Shown: positions 47,205 to 57,039, counted from the first letter of the stretch. The stretch is DNA of 64,000 bases from Chloroflexota bacterium (GCA_965261345.1 OZ253449.1:1632001-1696000), one strand, 5' to 3'. Made by a program: numbers and translations. Notes: generated from the letters alone by a model not told the origin.

Positions 47205-48122
47205 GTGGACGGCCAAACCCAGGAAAAACCCGCCGACTTTGGAGAGTACTGGCACGCGCTGCGGTGTGAACTGGCCGACCTGCCGGCGGCCCCGGAGTTG
47301 GACCCAATTGCCCTGCGCTCCACCGACTATGCCACCCTTTACGGCGTGCGGCTAACCTCCATCGGCCCTTATCGCATATTCGCGTACCTGAGCATCCCTA
47401 AGGGCGAAGGCCCTTTTCCGGCCCGGTACTATCTTCCGCGCTATGCCAGCGTGGTCGACCCGATACCGCAAGGTGCCCCCAACCGCCTTCGGGCCCGCTA
47501 TGTGACCTTTGCCCTCGGCGCGCGCGGCTCGCGGATGGCCGAGAGACCCTACAGCGCCGATATTCCCGGCCTCTATAGCGCCGCGATTACCGACCGCCGC
47601 TCATATATGTTTCGCGGAATCGTGGCCGATTGCTGCCGCGGTCTGGAATATCTGATTGCTCGTCCCGAGGTTGACCCCAGCCGGGTGGTGGCGATCGGTA
47701 ACGACCTGGCGCTAATTGCCGCCGCGCTTGGATCGCACGTTACCCATTTGGTCTGCAGTCCCGGGCTCTTCTACCGAGCAATTGAACTGGCCCGGGCGAC
47801 CACCGCGTACCCGCTCGAGGAATTGAGCGACTTCCTGCGGCTCCACCCGGAACAGCGCGATGCGGTAACTGAGACGCTAGGTTACTTTGACCTGCGCTGG
47901 TTTGCGCCACTGGTCAAATCGACCACCCTGCTGGCTGAGGCCGCACTTGGCGGGCCGGTGACCGCCAGGGCCTTGGAGCCGCTGATTGGACTCCTCGGAG
48001 GCGGTGGCGAGCTGCGGCCTTCAGCGCACTCCGCCTATAAGGACGGACTTTTCATCGAGGAGTGGATCACCCGCAAATTGGGGTTTGACGACCCAATTCT
48101 GCCAGAGCATTGGCGGCCCTAG
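47205..48122 (+). CDS. CE7-like esterase paralog lacking the nucleophile serine
   Basis: KPADFGEYW, FRGIVAD, RPEVD, YPLEE homologous to the upstream gene; GND replaces GxSQG; GGAGG RBS then GTG. Confidence 0.8.
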   Translation: MDGQTQEKPADFGEYWHALRCELADLPAAPELDPIALRSTDYATLYGVRLTSIGPYRIFAYLSIPKGEGPFPARYYLPRYASVVDPIPQGAPNRLRARYVTFALGARGSRMAERPYSADIPGLYSAAITDRRSYMFRGIVADCCRGLEYLIARPEVDPSRVVAIGNDLALIAAALGSHVTHLVCSPGLFYRAIELARATTAYPLEELSDFLRLHPEQRDAVTETLGYFDLRWFAPLVKSTTLLAEAALGGPVTARALEPLIGLLGGGGELRPSAHSAYKDGLFIEEWITRKLGFDDPILPEHWRP

Positions 48123-48163
48123 CGAATCGGTCGCCAGGCCAGCGGCGTTAACTTAAAGGGAGG

Positions 48164-48394
48164 CTAAAGCCCCGCGGTGCCCACCTGATCGGTGGTCTTG
48201 GTGGTGGTGCGAATGCAGCGCGTGCAAATATTTAGGCGCTTGAAAACTCCGCCGATATTCATACGCCGGCGCTGTACGTTGGCTTTCCAGTGGCGCGGTT
48301 TTTTGGGCGCGCGGAATTTCCACTGACCCGAAGACTTGTGCCGGATGTGTCGACCGAACTGGCGGCCCTTGCCGCAAACATCACACTTGGCCAA
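48164..48394 (-). CDS. rpmB: 50S ribosomal protein L28
   Basis: (TTG)AKCDVCGK..FG..WKANVQ..ICTRC. Confidence 0.93.
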   Translation of the reverse strand: MAKCDVCGKGRQFGRHIRHKSSGQWKFRAPKKPRHWKANVQRRRMNIGGVFKRLNICTRCIRTTTKTTDQVGTAGL

Positions 48395-48537
48395 AAAAAG
48401 ACCGTTAATCAATTGGAATTGAGGATGACTCGACCCACCTACCCGGCGTTGGCCGGCGGCGTTCCGATTCAGGGGTTGATCGCTGATGCGAAGCCACAGA
48501 GAATAATAGGCGATCGCCTCAACCGATTGGGCTTGCC

Positions 48538-50193
48538 ATGCCTGACCATAATTTCCCCGCCGATCGATCGGGTCGCCATGACGGTCGCGCCCTGTTGGCC
48601 GCGCTGTCGATGGCCCTGGGCTGGCTTGAAGCCAACATCGAACCGATCAACCGCCTCAACGTGTTTCCGGTTCCCGACGGGGATACCGGGACCAACATGT
48701 TCCTGACCCTGCGGTCGGGAGTGGACGCGGCTGGCAAACAAAATTCGCATTCGGCCGGTACCACCGCGCGCGCGGCCTATGAAGGGGCCCTGATCGGTGC
48801 GCGTGGAAATTCGGGGGTAATCCTCTCGCAAATCGTGCGTGGATTCTCGGTAGGCCTAAGCGGCCGTGAAATCATCGGCGTCGACCACGCCGCGGCCGCC
48901 TTTGTCGAAGCGGCCAGCGCCGGCTACGACGCCGTCGCCGCGCCGGTCGAGGGCACTATGCTAACGGTCGCCCGCAAAGCCGGCGAGGCTGCCCTTGACG
49001 CGGTTGCCACGAAGGATCTTGAACTGGAGCAACTGCTGGCGATCGTCTCGGATGCTGCCCGCCAGGCGGTGATTGAAACTCCGACTCAATTGGAAGTCCT
49101 GCGCCAGGCCAACGTGGTCGACGCGGGCGGCGAGGGCGTAGCAATCATTTACGACGGCCTGCGCATGTACTTTGCCGGCGAACAGCTGCCCGAAAGCGCG
49201 GTAGACAACCGCGACGAAGCAGCTTTTGCCGAATTTGCCGCCGAACACGCCGGTGACGAACACGGGTTCTGCACCCAATTCCTGCTCGATGGCGAAGGGT
49301 TCGACCTGGGCGCGATGCGCGCCTGGATGCAGGAGCATGCTGATTCAACCGTTGTAGTCGGTGACGAAACGCGCATCCGGGTGCACGTCCATACCGAGAT
49401 GCCCGGCGAAATCCTAAATTACGCGATCCCGATGGGGTCGGTATCACATGTCTCAATCGAAAATATGGATCTGCAGCAGGAAGCCCAGTTCGCCGCGATC
49501 AAAGGTTCTACCAGCCCGGCGCGGGCCGAACTGCCGCCGCCCGCGGCCGGATTGGTCGCGGTTGCCGCCGGCCCCGGATTCGTGCGCCTTTTTAGTGATT
49601 TCGGGGCAACCGTGGTCGAAGGGGGCCAGACAATGAACCCCTCGGTGCGGGAGATTGCCGCGGCAATCGAACGCAATCCGTCCAACGAGGTGGTTGTCCT
49701 ACCCAACAACAAGAACATAATCCTGGCCGCCAACGGTGCCCGCGACATTTCGCCCAAGCAGGTCGCCGTCATCGAGACGCGTTCGATCCCGCAGGGGGTC
49801 GCCGCCGTGCTTGCCTATGTTCCAACGTTCAAATTGGAGTCCAATCTGGCCGCCATGCAAGAAGCGGTCGCCGCCGCCATTTCGATCGAGGTCACCCGCG
49901 CCGTGCGCGATGCCACGATCGATTCGATCGCCATCGGCCGGGGCGAATACATGTGCCTGGTCGACGGCAAGCTGGTTGCCGCCAATGCGAACTACGAACA
50001 GGCGCTGCGCTCCGGCCTTGACGAGATCTCCAACCTGGATCCCGAAATCGTCTCGGTCTACTGGGGCGCGGACGCCACCCAGCAGCAGGCCGAAGGGCTG
50101 GAGGACCTGTTTGCCGCTGTCTGGCCGGAGGTTGAATTCGAATGCCTGCACGGCGGACAGGACCATTACGAATTCGTAATTGGCATCGAATAA
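48538..50193 (+). CDS. DAK2 domain fusion protein (YloV / FakA-like fatty acid kinase)
   Basis: LNVFPVPDGDTGTNM, GARGNSG, VHVHT, GGQTMNPS, LPNNKN, GGQ. Confidence 0.93.
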   Translation: MPDHNFPADRSGRHDGRALLAALSMALGWLEANIEPINRLNVFPVPDGDTGTNMFLTLRSGVDAAGKQNSHSAGTTARAAYEGALIGARGNSGVILSQIVRGFSVGLSGREIIGVDHAAAAFVEAASAGYDAVAAPVEGTMLTVARKAGEAALDAVATKDLELEQLLAIVSDAARQAVIETPTQLEVLRQANVVDAGGEGVAIIYDGLRMYFAGEQLPESAVDNRDEAAFAEFAAEHAGDEHGFCTQFLLDGEGFDLGAMRAWMQEHADSTVVVGDETRIRVHVHTEMPGEILNYAIPMGSVSHVSIENMDLQQEAQFAAIKGSTSPARAELPPPAAGLVAVAAGPGFVRLFSDFGATVVEGGQTMNPSVREIAAAIERNPSNEVVVLPNNKNIILAANGARDISPKQVAVIETRSIPQGVAAVLAYVPTFKLESNLAAMQEAVAAAISIEVTRAVRDATIDSIAIGRGEYMCLVDGKLVAANANYEQALRSGLDEISNLDPEIVSVYWGADATQQQAEGLEDLFAAVWPEVEFECLHGGQDHYEFVIGIE

Positions 50194-52513
50194 GAATCCC
50201 CTCCCGCTTAACGTTTCCGACCTGGCCCGGATCCTTGCGGCCGAACTCGAAGACGGCTGCCGCGATCGACTGGTAGTTGGCGGCCTCGGCCAGCTGATTG
50301 AGAATTTAGCCGGGCGATTTGAGACCAGGGCGCTGGGCCCGCTTGCCGGTTACGGTCAACTTTCGCCCGACCGGCGCCGGGCGGCATTGACGGCAGCGCT
50401 TGGCGACCTGCCTACCACCGGGTCCCGACCGCGGACTTCGGCTTCGACGCAGTCCCCCCGAGCAGGCCGCACCAAGATTGGCCTGGGCAATCCGGTTGCT
50501 ACCCTGCCGCGGCTCTCGTCCAAGCAGCTGGACGAGCTGGCCGCGCGCGGCATTAACACCTGTTCCGACCTGCTGCAAGCGCTTCCCCGTGAACACCAGA
50601 ACCGCACCCAATACGAGGCGATCGCGCTTCTGCCGGCCGACGGTGCGGTCCAGATCCGGGGCGATGTGGTCAAGATAACTCGCGCCCGTCCGCGACCGGG
50701 ACTCAGCGTTACCAACGCGACCCTGACCGACGGCTCCGGGCGGGTCCAGGCCACCTGGTTTAACCAGCATTACCTGGCCGACACCCTAAGGGACCGTACC
50801 GGCGTGGCTTTCTATGGGCAGATGCGCGGCGGGAAATTGAACAATCCCGAGTATGAATTGCATCCGTCCGGATCGCTCAACGCCGGCAGAATCACTCCGA
50901 TCTACTCGCAAATTCCCGGGATATCGCAGAAGCAGCGTCGCAGTTGGGTCGCCCGTATCATCGCCGACGCCCTGCCGGGTCTGCCCGAACCGCTGCCGCC
51001 GAAGCTCCTGGCCGCGACGGACATGCCCGGGCGGGCGCAGGCGTTGGAGCATATCCACTTTCCACCCGACCCGGCAGCGCTTGCCCGGGCCGAGGCCCGT
51101 CTCGCCTTCGACGAGATTTTTTATTACCACCTCGAAGCCCAAATCCGCCGCCAGCGCTGGCGGCGGCAATCGACCAGCGATCCGATCCTGGGCGGAAGCG
51201 AAAACGTGCGCCGTTTTATTGCGGCCTTGCCGTTTGAGCTGACCGGTGACCAGCAGCAGGCGATCGCGCAGATCCTTGGCGACCTCGAGCGGCCCTATGC
51301 GATGCATCGGCTACTCCAGGGCGATGTCGGATCGGGCAAGACGGTTGTGGCCGCCGCGGCCCTGCTCGCAGCGGTTTCGTCCGGCTGCCAGGCCGCGATC
51401 ATGGCCCCCACCCAGATCCTGGCCGGGCAGCACCTCACAACGCTAGGGGAGCTGCTTGGAAACTTCGGCGTGCGCCTGGCGCTGGTGACCGCGGCGCTGG
51501 GACCGGCCGAACGAAAACGTCTCTGGCAGGCGGTGCAAGACGGTCTCTTTGACGTTGTGGTGGGGACCCACGCGCTGGTTAGTGAGTCGGCCGGATTTGC
51601 GAACCTGAATCTGGTAATAGTTGACGAGCAGCATCGGTTCGGGGTTCGTCAGCGGGCCAGCCTGCGCGGCAAGGGCGGCGGTAGTCCCCACACCCTGATC
51701 ATGACCGCCACCCCGATTCCGCGGACCATGGCGGGGGCCCTCTTTGGCGATGTCGAGGTATCCCAGATCGTCGAAATGCCCGCCGGCCGGGATCCCATAA
51801 CCACGATTCTGGCCAAGCCCGACCAGCGCTCGCGTGCCTATCAAACCCTTCTTGCCGAGGTCGCCGCCGGGGCCCAGGCGTATATCGTTTGCCCCTTGAT
51901 TGAGGCCTCGCAGGCGGTCCCGGCGCGGGCGGCCGAAGATGAATTCGAACGCCTGCGGGCCGGACCGCTCCGCTCGATCGCCGGACGGATCGGGCTGCTT
52001 CACGGCCAGTTGCCGGCCGACACCAAGAGTGCTCGAATGCAGGAATTTGCGACTGGTCAAATCCTGGTGCTGGTTACCACCTCGGTCGTCGAAGTCGGTG
52101 TCGACGTTTCCAACGCGTCGGTGATGATGATCGAGGGCGCCGAACGGTTCGGGTTGGCCCAGCTGCATCAGTTGCGGGGACGAGTGGGGCGTGGACGGCG
52201 ACAGAGCTTGTGCCTGCTCCTCTCCGACAGCGCCAGCGCCCAGGAGAACGAGCGTTTGGCGGCGATGGGCAACACCGCCAGCGGTTTCGAATTGGCTGAA
52301 ATCGACCTCAAATTGCGCGGCGCCGGCGAATTGCTGGGCACCCGCCAGAGCGGGTTCGATCCGGCGGTGATTAGGATGTTGGCGCACCCGGAACTTTCCT
52401 CCCGGGCCAGGCGTTGGGCGAAGGAAATTGGCAGCGCCGACCCCAATCTTGCCGGAAAAGAGCAGGCCTACCTGCGCCGGATCATCCAGCGCCGTTTGCG
52501 CCAGCGCCATTGA
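50180..52513 (+). CDS. recG: ATP-dependent DNA helicase RecG
   Basis: LQGDVGSGKT, DEQHRFG, TATPIPRT, QLRGRVGR. Confidence 0.96.
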   Translation: MASNKNPLPLNVSDLARILAAELEDGCRDRLVVGGLGQLIENLAGRFETRALGPLAGYGQLSPDRRRAALTAALGDLPTTGSRPRTSASTQSPRAGRTKIGLGNPVATLPRLSSKQLDELAARGINTCSDLLQALPREHQNRTQYEAIALLPADGAVQIRGDVVKITRARPRPGLSVTNATLTDGSGRVQATWFNQHYLADTLRDRTGVAFYGQMRGGKLNNPEYELHPSGSLNAGRITPIYSQIPGISQKQRRSWVARIIADALPGLPEPLPPKLLAATDMPGRAQALEHIHFPPDPAALARAEARLAFDEIFYYHLEAQIRRQRWRRQSTSDPILGGSENVRRFIAALPFELTGDQQQAIAQILGDLERPYAMHRLLQGDVGSGKTVVAAAALLAAVSSGCQAAIMAPTQILAGQHLTTLGELLGNFGVRLALVTAALGPAERKRLWQAVQDGLFDVVVGTHALVSESAGFANLNLVIVDEQHRFGVRQRASLRGKGGGSPHTLIMTATPIPRTMAGALFGDVEVSQIVEMPAGRDPITTILAKPDQRSRAYQTLLAEVAAGAQAYIVCPLIEASQAVPARAAEDEFERLRAGPLRSIAGRIGLLHGQLPADTKSARMQEFATGQILVLVTTSVVEVGVDVSNASVMMIEGAERFGLAQLHQLRGRVGRGRRQSLCLLLSDSASAQENERLAAMGNTASGFELAEIDLKLRGAGELLGTRQSGFDPAVIRMLAHPELSSRARRWAKEIGSADPNLAGKEQAYLRRIIQRRLRQRH

Positions 52514-52539
52514 AGTTGCTGGAATCGGGCCGTTAGGGA

Positions 52540-53115
52540 ATGCCGGCGGCAAGTCTCAAAATCACCGGCGGCAGCCTGCGCGGGAGGATTCTGCGCTCGA
52601 GCAAGCGGTCAACCATCCGCTCTACCTCGGCCAAGTTGCGAGCGGCAATATTTAACGTGCTCGGGCCGGTAGCCGGAATGACCGTGGCCGATCTCTATTG
52701 CGGGTCCGGCGCCCTGGGAATCGAGGCACTCAGCCGCGGGGCCGAGCGGGTGGAGGCGGTCGACCGAGCCCGCCCCGCGCGCGAGTTGGTGTCCGTCAAT
52801 ATCACGCAGCTGGCCCCCGAGCTGCGGGCCCGACATGCGTTTTACCTTGCCAGCGTGGAGTCCTACCTGGCAAACCGCGATCCCCTGCGGCGCGTTGATC
52901 TGGTGCTGATGGATCCACCGTACGGGCAGGGGGCGGATCTGGCCGCCATGCTGCAGGCCATCGCCCAGGCCGACCTGCTGGCGCCCGGCGGACGCTTGGT
53001 CTGCGAGCATTCTTCCAGATCGGAATTTGCCGACACCGGCCTGGGCTTGGACCTGCGGCGCTGCTACCGCTACGGGGATTCGGCGTTCAGCCTGCTGGAA
53101 AAATCCGGGCGGTGA
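52540..53115 (+). CDS. rsmD: 16S rRNA m2G966 methyltransferase
   Basis: DLYCGSGALGIEALSRGA, DPPY, YGD. Confidence 0.92.
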   Translation: MPAASLKITGGSLRGRILRSSKRSTIRSTSAKLRAAIFNVLGPVAGMTVADLYCGSGALGIEALSRGAERVEAVDRARPARELVSVNITQLAPELRARHAFYLASVESYLANRDPLRRVDLVLMDPPYGQGADLAAMLQAIAQADLLAPGGRLVCEHSSRSEFADTGLGLDLRRCYRYGDSAFSLLEKSGR

Positions 53116-53240
53116 TGGCCGAGCAGTATCGAGTTTGCCAATCCGCGCCTTGGCAATATGCGGAAAATTGGCCAATGCGACCGGTAGGCGCATCGCCGAT
53201 CGGCATGTTCACCGGTCGACCAGGCTTGGGGATTTACTAA

Positions 53241-53726
53241 ATAAAAGCGCTTTTGCCGGGCACCTTTGACCCGATTACCAATGGCCACCTGGCGCTGATC
53301 GAGCGGGCCGCCAGGATGTTTGCCGAGATCACCGTCGGGGTCTACGCCGGCGATGACCAGAAGGTCCTTTTCTCCGCCAGCGAACGGGTGCGTCTAATTA
53401 CCGATGCGACCGCGCAACTCGGCAACGTATCGGCGACCATCTATTCAGGATTGACGGTGGATTTTGCCAAGCAGCTTGGGGTCGGAGTGCTGGTGCGCGG
53501 GATCCGCGTTCAAACCGACTTTAACTACGAGCTCTCGCTCGCCCACATGAACCAGGCGCTGAGCAATTCAATCGAGACCTGCTGCCTGATCGGTTCACAG
53601 CACAATGCGTTCATCAGTTCGTCATTGATACGGGAGGTCGCCTTGCTCGGTAAGAACGTTGCCGTTTGGGTCCCCCCCAATGTGGCCGAAGCGTTGGCGG
53701 ATAAAATTGGTAAACGCCCATGCTAA
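53241..53726 (+). CDS. coaD: Phosphopantetheine adenylyltransferase (probable ATA start)
   Basis: (ATA)KALLPGTFDPITNGH, RGIR, ISSS; in-frame TAA at 53238 directly before the ATA. Confidence 0.94.
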   Translation: MKALLPGTFDPITNGHLALIERAARMFAEITVGVYAGDDQKVLFSASERVRLITDATAQLGNVSATIYSGLTVDFAKQLGVGVLVRGIRVQTDFNYELSLAHMNQALSNSIETCCLIGSQHNAFISSSLIREVALLGKNVAVWVPPNVAEALADKIGKRPC

Positions 53727-54226
53727 ACGATTCCATCAACGTCGGATCCCGCCAAAGTGACTTGGTCGGGCTTATCCAGCGATTGGAAGAAGCCGTGGTC
53801 GCCGCCCAACGGATTCCGTTCGGCAACCGAGTGATGATGATCGAAGGTGATCTGCTGGAGATCATCGACCAGATGCGGATCAACATCCCCGAAGAGATCC
53901 GCGACGCCCGCCGGATCATGCGGGAGCGCGAGGCCATCCCGCGCGACGCCCAGCGCGAGGCGGAACAGATCTTGACCAAGGCGCGCGAGCAGGCTGACCG
54001 CATGGTTTCGGACGAGGCGATCGTGCGTGAGGCGCAATCGCGGGCCGAACAGATGATAGAAGACGCCCAGAACGCGGTGGCCCAAGCGCGGATCGAAATG
54101 GACGCCTATTCGATGAATATGCTGCGGGATATCGAGCACCGCCTCAACACCCACCTCAACAGCATCCACCGGGCGACCAACATGCTCGAGGAGACCAATC
54201 GCGATCCGGGGCCCCCACTCGAGTAA
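53720..54226 (+). CDS. Conserved coiled-coil protein typically found downstream of coaD (SepIVA / DivIVA-like)
   Basis: RIPF..IDQMRINIPEEIRDARRI and EAEQI repeats. Confidence 0.75.
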   Translation: MLNDSINVGSRQSDLVGLIQRLEEAVVAAQRIPFGNRVMMIEGDLLEIIDQMRINIPEEIRDARRIMREREAIPRDAQREAEQILTKAREQADRMVSDEAIVREAQSRAEQMIEDAQNAVAQARIEMDAYSMNMLRDIEHRLNTHLNSIHRATNMLEETNRDPGPPLE

Positions 54227-54330
54227 CGGCGCCCGCCCCGCCGGAAACAAAAGTCCCCTTGCCGGATCCACGCTGCGCATCGGCGCTGCTAGACTTTTTG
54301 GCCGCGCGGCAACGCCCGGACGGCATACAT

Positions 54331-54405
54331 GGTGGTCGTAGCTCAGTTGGTTAGAGCGCTTGGTTGTGGCCCAAGAGGTCGCGGGTTCAAATCCCGTCGG
54401 TCACC
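54331..54405 (+). tRNA. tRNA-His (GTG)
   Basis: G-1, acceptor stem GTGGTCG/CGGTCAC, D arm, anticodon arm CTTGG-TTGTGGC-CCAAG, GGTTCAAATCC, C73; followed by CCG, so CCA is not fully encoded. Confidence 0.96.
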
Positions 54406-54432
54406 CCGATTGACTTTAGAGGCAGCAGCAGG

Positions 54433-54867
54433 TTGAAAGCTGGGTCGCGGCGAGGCCCGCGCCAGGGACAGTTGGCAATCGTGCTGGTTGCGCTTGCTCT
54501 CGCCGGGGCGCTGGTCGGCTATTACGTGGCGGCGGAATGGCTGTTCGGCCCACCACCACCCGGTCGGCTGGCCGCGCCGGTAGCGATTCCGATGTCGCCG
54601 TTGCCACCGGCACCGAGTCAGACGTTGGCGGGGGAATTTGTTCCGGTGGATCTTGCGGTGGCGCCGGTCTACCTGGAGCCGCCGCCCGCCCCGCAGGTTC
54701 CAAGGTCGCAGTTGGCACCGGTTATCGAGCACGAGGTCCGTGCCGGCGAGTCGCTCTCGCTGATCGCCGAACTATATGCCGTAACGGTAGAGGCGATCGC
54801 CGAAGCCAACGATATCCTGGACGTTTCGCTTATCGCCGTCGGGCAGATTCTGACCATCCCCGGGTAG
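54433..54867 (+). CDS. Membrane-anchored LysM domain protein
   Basis: Transmembrane helix, Pro-rich linker, HEVRAGESLSLIAELYAVTVEAIAEAN..GQILTIP. Confidence 0.85.
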   Translation: MKAGSRRGPRQGQLAIVLVALALAGALVGYYVAAEWLFGPPPPGRLAAPVAIPMSPLPPAPSQTLAGEFVPVDLAVAPVYLEPPPAPQVPRSQLAPVIEHEVRAGESLSLIAELYAVTVEAIAEANDILDVSLIAVGQILTIPG

Positions 54868-54923
54868 GTCAACTACCCCGGAACGATCGTGATGGTCGGA
54901 TCGTCCTTGCCGGCGGCGGCCGG

Positions 54924-55538
54924 TCAGTCGATTACCACCACCCGGCAGGGCGCCGAGGCGGCGCCGTACAGCGCCAGCGGCAGCGCCATGATTGCCACCC
55001 TCCGACCCGATGCACGCGACAGGTTGATGACATTGTGAATGACCGGGATGCCGGCGCCCAGCAACAGGCGATGGTTGGTCAGCGAACCCTTGCGTTCGAT
55101 CGCGAACGACCGGTCGAATCCGACCATTTTCACGCCCTGGTTGATGATCCAGCGGGCCGCTTCAGCGGTGAGCGAGGGGCCGTTGGCCGGGTCGCCAAGG
55201 TTGGCTAGCAGCAGGATATCGCCGCCCTTTATGGCCTGGCCGACACCGGACTGGAGATGCTTGGCCGACAGCGCCGTACCGGCGGTGGCGAAATTGAATT
55301 TGGCGACCAGCCCCTCACCAAAGAACGTTTGAACCTCGAAATCAGAATGCGGCAACCCTTCGATATCGGCATAGGCCTGGCCGACCATGTAAGTCCCTTG
55401 TCCGGCCGGCAGCGAGAGCGCCGACAACCGCGCGGTATCGCCGCGCGAGTCACCGGTCTCAAACCTTAAAAATTCGGCTTGATCGGCCTCGCCATCGCCG
55501 CGCAGCCAGAGCGTGCAATCGATTATCTGGCGGGGCAA
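54924..55538 (-). CDS. Cyclase / kynurenine formamidase-family protein with a degenerate metal site
   Basis: IIDCT, GDILLL, VKMVGFD, HRLLLGAGIPVI, ALPL..ASAPCRVV; GAGGA RBS then TTG at 55538. Confidence 0.75.
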   Translation of the reverse strand: MPRQIIDCTLWLRGDGEADQAEFLRFETGDSRGDTARLSALSLPAGQGTYMVGQAYADIEGLPHSDFEVQTFFGEGLVAKFNFATAGTALSAKHLQSGVGQAIKGGDILLLANLGDPANGPSLTAEAARWIINQGVKMVGFDRSFAIERKGSLTNHRLLLGAGIPVIHNVINLSRASGRRVAIMALPLALYGAASAPCRVVVID

Positions 55539-55542
55539 TCTG

Positions 55543-55728
55543 CTACGTATCCTCGGGACGGCGGAATTCGGCGTGCGATTCAGGGGTGACCTTAGCATCC
55601 GGAGCCGGCCGGTTTGAGCGCTGCGCTATCAGCCGTTGCCAGAGTGGGTATCCGACCCCGATGGCGATCAGAATCAGCCCAACCACAATGGCCAGGATCT
55701 GAGCGAAGCCGAATTCGAAAAAGATCAT
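55543..55728 (-). CDS. Small single-pass membrane protein
   Basis: ATG abuts the upstream stop; transmembrane segment ILAIVVGLILIAIGVGY; ends 4 nt before the next start. Confidence 0.65.
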   Translation of the reverse strand: MIFFEFGFAQILAIVVGLILIAIGVGYPLWQRLIAQRSNRPAPDAKVTPESHAEFRRPEDT

Positions 55729-56997
55729 CTACGGGTAGGCAATTGCGATCGTGCTCTGGGCGCCTAAAACATGAATCCAAGTATTGCCGGGCCTAAAAGC
55801 AATTTCCTGGCCGTCGGCCGATAGGAAACTGGTCCTATCCTCTCGCCCCTCGCGGCGCCAGAATCCCTCGACGGCCCGTCCACCGGAAAAAACCATCGCC
55901 CGGCCATCGCCGGTTAGTGGAATTATCCGGCTCCGCGCCCCGAGAAAATCCTCGACGATGTTTGAGAACGATATATCGGTCCACTGGACGATGACGTTGT
56001 CAACCGTAATCTGCGCGGAATTGGCGGCGTCAATGTGCGGGGCCGCCGCCAGGAAACGCAGATAGGATCGGCGCGACGGATCATAGCTGTAGAAGGATCG
56101 GAAGCCACCCGGAAAGCTGGGTTCGGACGGAAATTCGATGGTCTGGAAGGCCGATGAAGTTTCTGTTTCGGGCGGGAGGAACTGCCAGGATTTGAGGCGC
56201 ACCTCGTTGGGCAGGCCGCGGGCGCGGGCTTCAAGCGCCAGGTTTGGTCCGTCGACATAGGTGTTGTCGGGCGGAACCGCATCGGTGGTGCGGAAAAATA
56301 CCCGGCCGAGCGGATAGTAGAGGCCTTCCACGTCCAGCGCGCCGATCGTCTTGAGCTGCTCGAGCACCCCGGGACTACCTCCGACGTGGGCCAGCAAAGC
56401 CTGGTACTCCAGGGCGATGTCGATGTCGATCAACCGGGCCGAACGGGTCGGGCCGATGCGATTGGGCAGGTTCGATTGAAAAATGGCGGTGTGGCGGGTG
56501 ATGAATCCCTCGGTGAGGTGTTCGTAGACGATGTCGGCGGCCTGCAGGCCCCACTGCGGCCGCGCGCCCAGATTGTTGGCCACCTTGACCGCCAGCGGCC
56601 GCCGCCCGACGATCTCGGCGGCGATCGAGCGACCGGTCAGCGGGGCCCGCGGCCCGTTCGGGGGAGTCGGCGTCGGCGGAGGCGCGGCGGCCGGTTCCGG
56701 GGTGGCGCTCGCGGTCGGCGTTGCGGTGGCGCTGGCGATGTCATCGGGGGTGGTTGTAACCAGCACCGGGCCGCGCGTTGGGGTCGCGTTCAGCGAGGCG
56801 GCCTTGCCGGTGGATGGGAGAGTGGACGGGCGGGGCGCCTCCGACAGCTCAGCACCGGCATCGGTATCGCGCAGGACCGCGTAAAGGCCGGCTCCAACCC
56901 CCAGCAGGCCGGCCAGCGCGAGTCCGGATATGAGGATTTGGCGGCGCGTCATCGCCTCCGACGGGCGCCGATCCCCGTCCGGCGGCGGTTGCTCCAA
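55729..56997 (-). CDS. DUF3048 domain protein
   Basis: APLTG, RPLAVKVAN..ARPQWGL..ADIVYE..EG.ITR, GPTRSAR, PGNTWI. Confidence 0.88.
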   Translation of the reverse strand: MEQPPPDGDRRPSEAMTRRQILISGLALAGLLGVGAGLYAVLRDTDAGAELSEAPRPSTLPSTGKAASLNATPTRGPVLVTTTPDDIASATATPTASATPEPAAAPPPTPTPPNGPRAPLTGRSIAAEIVGRRPLAVKVANNLGARPQWGLQAADIVYEHLTEGFITRHTAIFQSNLPNRIGPTRSARLIDIDIALEYQALLAHVGGSPGVLEQLKTIGALDVEGLYYPLGRVFFRTTDAVPPDNTYVDGPNLALEARARGLPNEVRLKSWQFLPPETETSSAFQTIEFPSEPSFPGGFRSFYSYDPSRRSYLRFLAAAPHIDAANSAQITVDNVIVQWTDISFSNIVEDFLGARSRIIPLTGDGRAMVFSGGRAVEGFWRREGREDRTSFLSADGQEIAFRPGNTWIHVLGAQSTIAIAYP

Positions 56998-57039
56998 GGA
57001 CGCTTCCGTACGCGATCGCGGCCGCGGGCTTAGGCGGTT

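Noticed and set aside
51443-52552. 369-aa - strand ORF
   Set aside because: Antisense shadow of recG
54331-54420. tRNA-His as an integration site
   Set aside because: No integrase and no duplicated tRNA 3' end noticed in the window
54364-54432. Extended start of the LysM gene
   Set aside because: Overlaps tRNA-His; TTG at 54433 is preferred
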